DNA of 64,000 bases from Podarcis pityusensis (Eukaryota): NCBI GenBank assembly GCA_964106645.2, contig OZ067042.1, one strand, 5' to 3'. Position 1 is the stretch's first letter. Each line of letters starts with the position of its first letter. Under the pieces are notes generated by a model. It was not told the DNA's origin. It searched no databases and was given only the letters and a program-made list of their open reading frames with translations. Below, in pieces: positions 13,632 through 43,000 of the stretch. The position numbers and the translations under genes are program-made.

Positions 13632-14547
13632 AAACAGGATACACCAGGCTCAAGATATGGAATATATCTGTATCATGAAGTGGTATTTGTCAGGTATACC
13701 AAACATTGCCACCAGCTAGCTCCATCTTAATGCTCAGACACTTATGAGCGGTTTGATTCCTGCTATACTTTCTCTGCATTTTTCTCTTTCTTCCACCAGT
13801 GTAAAAGATTTTCCCCTCCTTTTTTTAGTAAAGGAGAAAAGAAGGGAAAATGGGTCCTTTGTGCCATTCATTAGTCTGTCAGATTGCCTAAGATTGGCAG
13901 TCAGCCCTTGTATCAAAGCCATTGTTCTTGGTGTATTTCGTTGCTGGACATGGTCCCAGTAGCACTGGAAGGCTGCCACAGATATGGCAATGGCAGCAGC
14001 TTCATAACAGCCTCTCTTTATTCTGGCAACTCAAAGCCAGCCAAATTGTCCCTGTTCCATGGCTTTTAAGTAAAGAAATGCTGTGCCATGTTCTATGGGA
14101 ATGAGAATACAAGACCACAGTACAGAGCATAACTGAAAATACTAAGAGCCAGCCACTTGGTTTGTGTAGATTTTTTTTTGGGGGGGGGGGACAACAACAA
14201 TAACAATAACTGCATTGCCAGGACAAAATTGGAATATGGCATCACCCTGGAAGATCAGATCTCTTCCCTGAGATATGATAAGAAATAAATATAAGATGAA
14301 AGAGACACTGAGCATGTGCAAAGTACAAAGTGCATTTCCTCCTCACCTGTGAGTAACCAGAACCAGCCTTCGTGTACATCTGGGATAAGTGGGAAAGACT
14401 CATTTGTTGACCCACATCAGAAAACCTTTTTCACCTGATTGCCATTCCGTGAGTGAAATTATAAAATTCAGAATGGGTAGCAGACAGGGAAATGGTGAGC
14501 AGATTGGGCACAAAATTCATGACATGAGCAAAGTGGTAATCATAAAC

Positions 14548-14794
14548 CAGGCATGTCCAAAGTTTGTTTCAAGGGCCTAATCCGGCCCGTTGGCTGGTTT
14601 AATCCGGTCCCTGTGGCAGTTTATTTCCTGGGGTAAAATCCTAAAAAAAAACTCAACAACTTAAATCCTAAAAAAAACTCAACAACTTCAATCTTAAGGA
14701 AAGCTCAACAACTTTGGTTTGTCCTTTGGTCGGCCCTCAGGGCCCTTCACTTCATCAAATCTGGCCCTCTTTGAAAAAAGTTTGGACACCACTG
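14548..14794 (+). mobile_element. hAT-like MITE with internal tandem AAAAA(G)CTCAACAACTT units
   Basis: CAGGCATGTCCAAA...TTTGGACACCACTG termini; second copy at 61224-61421. Confidence 0.7.
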
Positions 14795-16321
14795 TGACAT
14801 AAGCTGTCCTCTTCTGCTCTGCAAAGAGCCATGCATATTAATAAACAAACGGCTAAGCAATGATGGGGCCACCTAGTGGAAACTGCTTGAAACAATGCGC
14901 ACACTGCAGTTCATATGGGGACTACAGTATTATAGGTAGACCCACATTGCAGCCCACTGCCCATTTAACTGCTTCAGCAATCTGCAACCCTGTCTTGGTT
15001 TCTGCACAATATAAACAGAGCTTCAAAACAACTAGAAAAACATAGTGTAAAGTCATTAGAAGAACACTGTAAGATATTTTGTTGCTAGATTGTTCCAACA
15101 CGAGTGTGTTTTCTGTAAGAAGAGCTGTTTTCTTGCTGTAAAACACTGATTATATTATCTCGCAAAGTGCCACTTTTTGCATGAACAGGTCTCCACCTTA
15201 CAACAGGTGAACAGCAAACATTCTAAGTAACAGCCGAGACAACAAGGAGAAATTGAAAAGCTATTTCTTAAACAGCATTTTGAAGCGAAGATCACAAGAA
15301 GCCATTTATTCGCTTTTTGTAGATCATTCTAGAGATATTCAGATAGTTAAGGTTTTTGCCATCTGCTTAATCTAAAGGGGGCTCTTGGGGCGGGTAATTA
15401 GCATCCACAGTATAATTTGCTATTTAGTGAATGCTCTTTTTTTTTATTTGCAACTACTCAGAGAAATACAAACCTCCCCCGAGCCCTCACCTTTTATCAG
15501 TGCAGATATCAAATGTTTCACTTAAGTAAGTTTTGTGCAGTTCTTGTTTCTTATGCAAATAAAAACATCTACAGACAACTCTTCAGTGTAGCAGAAATTG
15601 CTCTGATTAGTGCCTTTTGCCTAAGAGGGGATTGTGTACTTAAAAACTACTTACTTGTAATGAAACTTTGGGAATTTTATTTCCTTTGGCAATTATAAAA
15701 TCAAAGTAGTTTATTATCTCAAAGAAAGTGGTGAATTTTGATTTAAAAACTGCTCTGTCAAGATCCTTGGTGAGATTTTAGCCATCTCTTTAAAAAGAAA
15801 AATACTTAGACTTACCACAAACATTAGGGGCGATAGCCAACTAAGATACTCAGAGTAGACCCATTTAAACCAATTGACTTAATTTGATTTCTGTGGGTTT
15901 ACTCTGAAGACTTAGTTGGACATAACTACAGAAGAGTTTCAGATTGTTTTAAAGTCCTTTATAGGTCTGGACCAACCCGGTGCTTATAATATAAAACGCA
16001 CATTTTAATAGCTCAGTTGATAAAACTAGATCTGTGTTAGTTGCAATTTTCTTTAAACACTGCATGAAAAAATATGCACATTTTTGTAAAACCATGTCAG
16101 TTGCAATAATCAGATTTCTCTTTAGTCATTTAAAAATGAATCATACTTTTGGTAAAGAGTCCTGTATATGACACAACTTGACAGTAAAATACTGAATACT
16201 GAAAAACTTGGATCGCTTGTATTGGAAAAGTGAGTGATCTAACCTGTTATCCATCCAACCCTGTTTCCCCACAAGGGCTAATCAAGGCTGAATACGCAGG
16301 GGCTCCTTTTACAAGATGGCC

Positions 16322-16330
16322 TATATAAAG
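16322..16330 (+). promoter_or_regulatory. Candidate TATA box of TECTB; putative non-coding exon 1 at ~16350-16446
   Basis: TATATAAAG ~1.1 kb upstream of the TECTB ATG in non-repetitive sequence; donor-like GCT|GTACGT at 16447. Confidence 0.5.
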
Positions 16331-17446
16331 CAAAGATAATGCCAGCTGGTGCTGTTTGAAAGAACACCTTGGGAAAAGCAAATATACCCTCTTTCATTTT
16401 AAACAGAGATAATGAACAGCTTGATCTACAACCTTGTTCCAATGCTGTACGTATGATGCTCTAAACAATTTCCTGGACATAATTAGGAGATTGAAACAGA
16501 AAAGTAATACTAGTACTAATACTAATACTAAAATGTGTGTTTGAAAATATTGTGTAATATATTTTGAAATAAATTATGAGATAGATTGAAAACATCAGAT
16601 AGATGCCTAGATGGGTTACAATGTTAAAATATAAAATAGTAGTGCTAAAATGGCTTTCAGTGTCCAGAGTATGATATGTGTAATATCAGTGACCTATTTT
16701 TTTTTAATTTGAAATAAATAGCATTATGAGTAATGTATTATGGGTGGCTTTATAACAGGTGGTCTCACAGAAATATTAAGCTTCAGAATACATAGTTTTA
16801 GATTATAATTATAATTTGTGAGGTAGAATAGCAGTAATTACACTCATGTGAAAGAATGTTTGGATACAAAATCTTCCAGTTAACAATAGAAATTACAACT
16901 GCCAAATCAATGAATGTGTAAAATATTTTTGTTACTTTGACTTTTCTCTTGCTTTCTAATGAGATCTTTTCTTTTATCCAGTGTTTGCTTTCTCTCCAAT
17001 CCCATTCACTGTCAGATTTAGTATTTCTCCTCCAAATCCCATTTTACCTCTTTTTTTAAAAAAACAAACACATTTGTTTAAAAAAATAAAATGAAAGAAG
17101 GCATTAGTAATTAATTTCTTATGACACAGATCTCTTCTTAGAAGGTTGCACTCCAGTAGCCTCAAACTCATTGGTCTCAGTACGATCTACGGTATCTATT
17201 GAGTTGATTGGGATAAGGTTGTACTGTAAGAACATGGAAGGGAAAAATTCAAAATCCAGTAGATTTTAATAGTTTCTGTTGGGAATTGCACTTAACTTAT
17301 TTTGAATAGAAGAGTTTACATTTCTCACTTCTGCTAATTCATAGGCAATTCAAAGAAGTTTGATACATGTGAATCCTTCTCAGCATCCAGCAGCATTTCG
17401 GAAAATCAAGTCCTGGTTTTCTCAGTATTTACATATCTTTGGAAAG

Positions 17447-34650
<17,204 letters not shown>

Positions 34651-35889
34651 TACTCAACCCAACATCAGCTGCTGCTGATCACCCCCATGGTCCTTTACTG
34701 CTACGAAGAGATGCTTGTTTTACCTGCTGCCTTGTTTTACACGACAAATAAATTTCACCTGGCTTATATTTGGTTTCTGTGGCAGCTGAGAATACCAATG
34801 GTGATTTTTACCAGCTGTGTGCACATTTTTCAAATAAGTGTATCGCAAACAAAGCCTGAGAGCGCTAGAAGGACGTCTGCTGTTTGCTTCCAAGTGTTAG
34901 TCGAAAGACAAGGAAGTCCTCACTTCCTGGCTATCTGCATTAAGGCGCTAAATCATTCTTGGGATTCTGGGTGCACTCTTAGCAGAAGACTGCTGGCTTC
35001 ATTCTCATGGTGGTGATGTTTTTAAAAAGTACAATACTGTTACACACCACCCCAGGCTCTGAGTGGTGTGAATTCCAGGGGTTCCAGAATTCGGTTTCCT
35101 TCAGAAGAAAGGCCAGTGGAGACTGTGGTGTCTTTATGATATATGGTTTATTTGCACATAAATACAACTTAAGCCTAGGAGGGGCTAACAGCATTAACAT
35201 GCCAAGAAGGTCTTGTTTCGCCCATAGCCATAGGCTTGGATTCTAGAAATAGTCAGGCATGGCTCTGTCTCTGCAGCCTTGCTTCAAGCTTCTACCTCGC
35301 ACACCAACTCTCATCTCTGGCCTTTCTCTTTCTAACTACCAGCAACTTGAGGGGCTCCCACCCATTTGTCGTCAGGCACAGAGCCACTTCCTTTGTTACC
35401 TTAATGGCCTATGCTTAGAGGGCCATTACCTCACTGAGAAGCTAGCCTGGCTATTCCAGTAATTGAATCTGTGCTGGATCCAGGAATTAGAAGGGAGCTC
35501 AGGCATGCATTGTACCTCCACCAAACTCAAAAACAATACAGCACTATTTGGTCAATGGGCAGTTCTTTTCCCTAGAGCATAGCTGTTCCTACTTCTTTGA
35601 TACCATAGCAATTCTAGCATGCAGTTTTCCATATGGTGGCTTAGCACAAGAATATGTTACATCAAGCATAAATGATGGAGAATTTGCTAGAATGAAAGTC
35701 ACGTGAATTAGGTCTCAGCATCTGTTAGCGGGAAGACTGTGTGTGCTGTTGCTTGCTGCTTAAGTGAGCAGCAGTGCTGATTCCATGTACTGGAACTGGA
35801 TATCTATTTTTCAGAATCAAGGAACTCACAATGGCTAGCAAAGATTGCTGCAGGTGAATAAGCGCAACATCCACCCACATGATGAATGC

Positions 35890-36115
35890 GGGTGGTACCT
35901 CGGGTTACATACGCTTCAGGTTACAGACTCCGCTAACCCAGAAATAGTACCTCGGGTTAAGAACTTTGCTTCAGGATGAGAACAGAAATCGTGCAGCGGC
36001 GGCGCGGCGGCAGCAGGAGGCCCCATTAGCTAAAGTGGTGCTTCAGGTTAAGAACAGTTCCAGGTTAAGAACGGACCTCTGGAACAAATTAAGTACTTAA
36101 CCCGAGGTACCACTG
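35890..36115. mobile_element. Tc1/mariner MITE (same family as 29121-29352)
   Basis: GTGGTACCTCGGGTTA...TAACCCGAGGTACCACTG|TA. Confidence 0.85.
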
Positions 36116-39046
36116 TATTGCATACAGTTTGGGGGCAGCTGCAGAATGCATCGTGTTTAGTAAATGGGTATGTGTGGGTGTTGCATGCCAAGCTATGGCT
36201 GTATTTCCTTGAAGGCTAAAAGTTATCAGCCTGTGAGAGCCACAACCCAAGAAAGTATTTGAATTACAGCTGACGTCTGTGTTGTGACATAGCATCAGAG
36301 GCTCCCTTAGCACCTGTTCTCCCTGTGTAACAGATGTCCCTTAGACTAACATCATCATCATCATCATCATAATTTGTATGCCACCTTTCCACAGTTAATA
36401 CAATGCTCAAGGTGGCTTACAATATGAAAAGATTTACATCATTACAAACATAGCAAAGTAGTCATAAAAATAAATAAAACACATCAAAAACTACATAACC
36501 AAACTGAACAATTTCCACATACAAATAAATATACAAAAAATTAATATCAATAACAGCAAAAACTCCCAACGAAACTTCCCCCAAAATACCCCAGTCCTTG
36601 CTGAGCAGCAGCAGTTCTTATGAAGCCTGTCAGGCCTTGCCCTGGGCCAGGTGGAGAGAGGTAGGAACCCTCAGGCTCCCAGCAGGCTGATGAAGTAGAA
36701 AGGTGGGTAACTTGTGACACCCCAGATCTTGTTGAGCTATAGCTCCCATCATCCCTGACCATTGGCCATACTGATTGGGGTTGATGGGAGTTGGAGTCCA
36801 GTAATGTCTGGAAGGCCACAGATTAGGCACCCCGGATATAGTCAGACCACAGCCTGTCTTTATTGGATAGTATTGTTCATGGGAGAAAAAGCACATTTCA
36901 GGACATAGTAGAAGAAGTAATTATATGTTTTAATGCAGGTTCCTCCTCACTTCAGAACTTGATTTTTCTACCTTGAACATACACACTACACACACTTTTA
37001 TGGAATATGGAGAAAATGAATAGGGGAAAGTTAAACTCTGTTATGCTGAAACTCTTTGATTCAACTGTTTTAACTAATTTTTACTCAGTTGTTTTAGGAT
37101 TGAAGTTGCTGAGCTTTTTTTACAATTTTACCCCGAAGTTGTTGATCTAGGCTATACATCTAGGCCAGGTTCATAAAACAAAGTGTCTGATAACTTTGGG
37201 AAACATAATAGCCAACTAGCTACACCTTTGCAGACCCTCCAAGTGTCCCTGTTTTCCAGGGACAGTCCCGCTGTCTCAGTTTATGATTTGATACCGGAAT
37301 GTCCCGCTTTTCCTTAGGACATCCTTATTTTCTTCTGAGAAGTGTTGGAGGATATGGAGTCATCCAACTCCTGAGCCATCTGAAGGCAGCCCTGTATAGT
37401 GGAAATAATGGGAATTTTAATTTAATAAATAATATTGAAAGGGGGGGCTGTTTGAGAGTTTGTTCATTAATCCCATTTGTTATTCTCACTGTGGCTATCA
37501 CTGTAGAGAAACAATATTCTTACAAACACTTGTCCCCAGGACTGAAATGCATTTGTCAGCTCCCACACTCCATTTGAAAGTGCAGAAGGCAGTCCATTAG
37601 TCATTGTAACAGCTCTGACATTGCACTACACTACTCTGAATTAAGATCTTGTTGATGGTTGACTATGACCATAAATAAGTCCTATTTAGCCACTATTAAG
37701 ATATAATTTGTATTTGGGCCTTGGGCTAGGTATCCTGAGGAACTATTTGGAAATAGTTTCTAAAATACTACAGTGCTATAACTGACACAACTAAGTACTT
37801 GTACAAACTGAGAATATGGGTTGTATCCAGTTCAGCACTCAGTTAGGGTCCCATTGGCACAAGCATTTCTGCTTACTCAACAGGCCTTTCCCTCTCTCCT
37901 CCCTGCTCTGCACCCCCTGCACACACACAAACACACAATCTGTTCTTGACATGCTGCCTGGAGCTGATGGGACACAATATTGGCTAACCTAGCTTAAGGG
38001 ATTTGATTCCCCCTCCCCCACACACCTTTTCCATCTCCAGAACCAGGGAGGAGGAGAGGGGGGAGGAGCAGGAGGAACTATGTAAGTTAAGGCTAAACTC
38101 ACAGAGCATAAGGCCCCAGAAAAGCCAAGCTAAAGGATGGTTAGACTAAAGAAGATTTAGCAAACTCCAAAAGTTTGGGCCTACAGTTCTCATTGGCCCT
38201 AGCCAAAACACTCATGTTAACATGACTAATGGGAGTTGTTGCCCAAATCATCGGGTGTGGGGGCACCAGGCTGGCAAAGCCAGAACCAATGGAATACTTG
38301 CGTACCCACTGGCAGATGAGGATAAGAAGAGGACTTATTGTGACAGGATAAATTGTGAAGATTCCCAGCTGTTAAATCAATTAAAAATTACCAAAGCAAT
38401 TTCAGTCTTTCGTATGGCTCTATTTCCCCCAATGGTAGATGTCAGTGGCTGGCAGGATTCCAAAAGGCATGTGGAGGAGGCAAGGGAGCTGGAGGAGGAT
38501 CTAAGAGAAGGGACCAGTGACTTGTGGGGTTCTGTGCTACCTGCAAGGCAGGAGTTGGGGCTGAGAGAAGAGGAAGCGATGGGGCTGTCTTAGGTGCAGG
38601 AGGAGTTGCAGGAAGGATTGGGAGGAAGAGACAGTCCTTAGAAGACTTGGGTCGTTAGGGTCTCTTCCATCCCCTCCTCCTCTGTCTCCAAGGACAAAGA
38701 GGGGCTTAGAGCACCAGGTTCAGGGAAAGTTGCAGGTTGCTTGCGCGTGCCCTGTCAAGTGAGGGGATTTGCATTCAGGAAGAGACATGGTCATGTTGTT
38801 GCTCCAACATTCAAGGCACAAGGCAAGGGGAGTAAATACCTAGCTAGCTATGTAGCGGGAGCGGTGTACCCTGGGAGATTCTGCAATGGAGTGCTTTACC
38901 AATAAGGAATTCAACTACCACCCATTTGTGCCCCTTGGGGTGGGTGTGCTCAGCCTACACCCAAGCGCTAATTCTTCCCCATGCAAACGCTGCACTTATC
39001 ACATATGAGTTATCTAATGTATGTTATTGCTTGCCGGGTCTAATAG

Positions 39047-39166
39047 CTACATGTCTACCTCAGCATTTCCCTTTGGGCGGCTTTCTACATCACTGCCAAA
39101 CTCTGGTAGGGGCAGATGGAATCCAACCTTTCCTTTCAGCCAAAACGTTCTTTGCTGTCCTTTGCC
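39047..39166 (-). CDS. GUCY2G: GUCY2G last coding exon
   Basis: [39 protein letters not shown]. Confidence 0.9.
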   Translation of the reverse strand, partial: GKGQQRTFWLKGKVGFHLPLPEFGSDVESRPKGNAEVDM

Positions 39167-40063
39167 CTGGCAGCCAAGAGAAATAACATGAAAGCAAAGT
39201 TGCCTCACATAACCACAACAAAACCAATCCTCTAAATGATTGCACACACCTTAGGAATAGTTGGTGCTTTGAAAAATAAAATGAATTTCCTTCAAGGTAA
39301 AAGGTAAAGGTGGTGTGAAAAAAACAGGGAAGATGGATTCTTGGAATTTTCCATCCTTTCTCCCAGCATCCACATCAGGGAGATTGCTAGGTATTTAGAC
39401 CCAGGGCACAGGTCCATGACATAGATTTCCACTTCCTAATATATATGTATAGATGCATATTTAGACTGACTCTTTTTAGGGGGTGGGGAGCTCTGGCTCT
39501 TGCTGTCAAGACTTACTCAGAACCATGAGGTGCAACAGGATTTTCTGGGCCCAGAACACTGTATGTATATTAGAACCCAACCCACAGGAATGGCTGCTTA
39601 CGGACATATTAAAAATAAATAGTATTGTCCAACTATTGCCCCCCAATAGTTCAGTGATTGACCTAAATTTGTTACTAGTCAAAGTGCCTGACAATCCATC
39701 ACCTAATTCTGAGGCCAAGCCCCCATGACATTGAAAACTCAACATGTACAACTTCACACGATATTAAGCTACGGGCAGATGTCTTCACAAGGTATACCTT
39801 TCTCCAGTGCATCTGCTCCTTGCTTGTGGTGGAGGACTGTTGTCTGACTTTGAATTTTAAAAATTCATATGGCTAGAAGCTGGTGGCCTCATGTTTGTGC
39901 AGAAGCTTGGACTAGATCACCACTGGGTTCTTCCCAGCTCTATGAACCCCTATTTCCATGAAAATTATACCTTTATTCTTATGGTCCCTCTTTCCTGCAA
40001 ATCATAACCTCCAATCATCTGGAGAACATTTGCTGTGATCATAGAGACATGGATTTGGAGAGC

Positions 40064-40095
<32 letters not shown>

Positions 40096-43000
40096 AATTT
40101 ACCATATTGCATATTGATTGCCTATATTGGAAAGAAAAGCTCTAAAAATGCTCTAGTAAAAACAAATATGGACAGTTGCTTATATTTGTACCAACTAACA
40201 CTTTCAGTGTTAGGACCTGGCTATGAGGTAAGAGAAATAGGTGGGCACAAGGAAATGGCAGCTGATTTCAACTAACAACTCAAGTGGCCTTACAGCTGAG
40301 CATCGATTGGAAGCTGGTTGTTAAGGACCACCCACTATGGAACATAGGGGGCATGGTGCTTAAAAAGCAGTAGAACGGGGGCAGCAGATTCTAAGCTAAA
40401 TCCAACTCCCAGTGTTGAGTACCACTGTCTCAGTTGCCAATTCAGAGGCAAGTGTGGTGTATGGGAATGATGACAGTTCTTGACATGAAATGTGCCCACC
40501 AACTTTTCATTTTTCTTCACTTTGTAATACTCTAAAAAAAAAAAGAAGAAAATTCCTATTCAGTCTGAACAAAGGTCTGTATAGTCCATTAACCTATTGC
40601 CAATAGTGAGCAACCACCTGCCTCAGGGAAGCACACAAGAAGGGCATAATAGCTATGTAATTCTCTTGTTGCTTCCCAGCAACTGGACTGAAGACATCCC
40701 TTCATGATTATACATTGCTGAAAGTTCTGCTTCTTTCCCTGCTCTAAGCTTTCATTCATTGGCTTTTGAAGCACAACATGTTCTCTCGCCTTTTGGAGTT
40801 TACACCAGCCTTTCTCATACCTTCATAACAAATACATGCAACGTACGTAAGCTGGTACTTTCCATCCTTGAAGCCACATTCACTGTGTCTCCAAACAAGC
40901 AGTAACGTGGCCTTGTGATCCCCACCACACCTGCAACAACAGGGCCTAGAAGAACAAACACCAGGAAAGGCATCAGCCACAGAGAAAAGAAAGGCAGAAT
41001 CTCATATGCAATGATGCTTTTGAGAGTTATGAATTAATGTTTGGATTTTACAGCAATGTGATCCCATTTACCAATTGTCTTTTCTGCTTCCCACAGAGCA
41101 GTCATTTTTTTGGGGGGGGGGATATGTAGTCAAGTGGGGACGCGGGTGGTGCTGTGGGTTCAACCACAGAGCCTCGGACTTGCCGATTGGTGGTTCAAAT
41201 CCCCGTGACAGGGTGAGCTCCCGTTGCTCGGTCCCTGCTCCTGCCAACCTAGCAGTTCGAAAGCACATCAAAGTGCAAGTAGATAAATAGGAACCGCTTC
41301 GGCGGGAAGGTAAACGGCGTTTCCATGCACTGCTCTGGTTCACCAGAAGCGGCTTAGTCATGCTGGCCACATGACCCGGAAGCTGTACGCCGGCTCCCTT
41401 GGCCAGTAAAGCGAGATAAGCGCCGCAACCCCAGAGTCGTCTGCAACTGGCCCTAATGGTCAGGGGTCCCTTTACCTTTACCTTTATGTAGTCAAGTTGA
41501 CTGAGTTACTCTGAAGTACTAACGTCAGACATTTCTGCAGCCATTTTCTACATAGATACACACAAATGAGAATGTGACCAGACTTAAATCACCTCAAAAA
41601 TACACTCGTGAATCAAATCTTAAATGATGCTGAGAAAATTTTACTCCTTGTGCCAGATTCCCTTCAAATTAATTATACGTATCTCAGAACATATTGCCTA
41701 TATTTCATCATCACATGATAGGGAACCATCAGCCACATTCTTATTATTACTACCGGTACATCTCCAAATCCTGGTAGCACACATTTGGCCAGACTAAAGG
41801 GATTTCCAGGAAGCCTAATGGATCACACACACTTATACAAATTATGTTGCTTTATTGCTTTAACTTAGTATTAGAGCAAAGGACTATAATAGAAACTATC
41901 TCAGCACGTCCCTATTTTTATGGCTCATCAATCTGTAGCCATACTTGATATTTCAGCACCAAAGATATACACTTGTGTTTGCAATATCACATGACAAGAT
42001 GATTTATGTCTCAAAGTGTTTGTATTTGCTTTTAAAACGTGTCACTACCTCCCCCAAAGTCCTTGGAACAGAGATGCACACAAACTGAAGTTGAATATGA
42101 ATAGTCCCTTCGTTATAGTATTTAATTGGCACAATCACAGGATTTGACCCTGTAATTTCACTGCAATCTTACTTGCAGCTACGAGTCTCAATTTGTTTTA
42201 CTAGTTACTATCCTTCAGTCAAAATCTGGAACATAGTTGTGAGTGGCATTCTACTGAACTATACATTTAAAGTCATCTCGGTTGTGGCTTCCCCCAAAGA
42301 ATCCTGCGACCTGCAGTTTGTTAAGGGCGAGGAGACTTGTTAGAATATTCCTATTCTCTCACATTGCTGCAATTCCCAGAGTGGTTTAACAATCAATTCC
42401 TCTTTCCAAGGAACTGGGACTTGTAGTTCTCTGAGGGAGGGAAGGGGTCTCATAGAAGAGAAGAGGAGTTTGGATTTGATATCCCACTTTATCACTACCT
42501 GAAGGAGTCTCAAAGCGGCTAACATTCTCCTTTCCCTTCCTCCCCCACAACAAACACTCTGTGAGGTGAGTGGGGCTGAGAGACTTCAGAGAAGTGTGAC
42601 TAGCCCAAGGTCACCCAGCAGCTGCATGTAGAGGAGCGGGGAAGCGAACCCTGTTCCCCAGATTACGAGTCTACTGTGCTTAACCACCACACCACACTGG
42701 CTCATAGCATCTCTCAGAACCCTTACTTAACAAACAATGTAGCAAAAGCTTTAAAATCATGCTTAGATGAAACCACTGCCTTTCACCTGTATGAATACCA
42801 ATACGCAGGCTCAGTTTCTCCTTCGGCATGTGCCTAATCTTGAAGGAAATGATTGCATTGAGAAAGTGCAAAGACATGGTAGCAATTTCCTCAACATGTT
42901 TCTTCCCATTGCGAATGGGGAGGCCACTAGCAACCATATAGGCGTCTCCAATAGTTTCAACCTGTAAGCAATCAAAGGAATCATTAGCACTTTTTAAATT

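Noticed and set aside
41136-41210. tRNA gene
   Set aside because: It is the tRNA-derived head of a Sauria SINE with body, tail and TSD; no intact cloverleaf.
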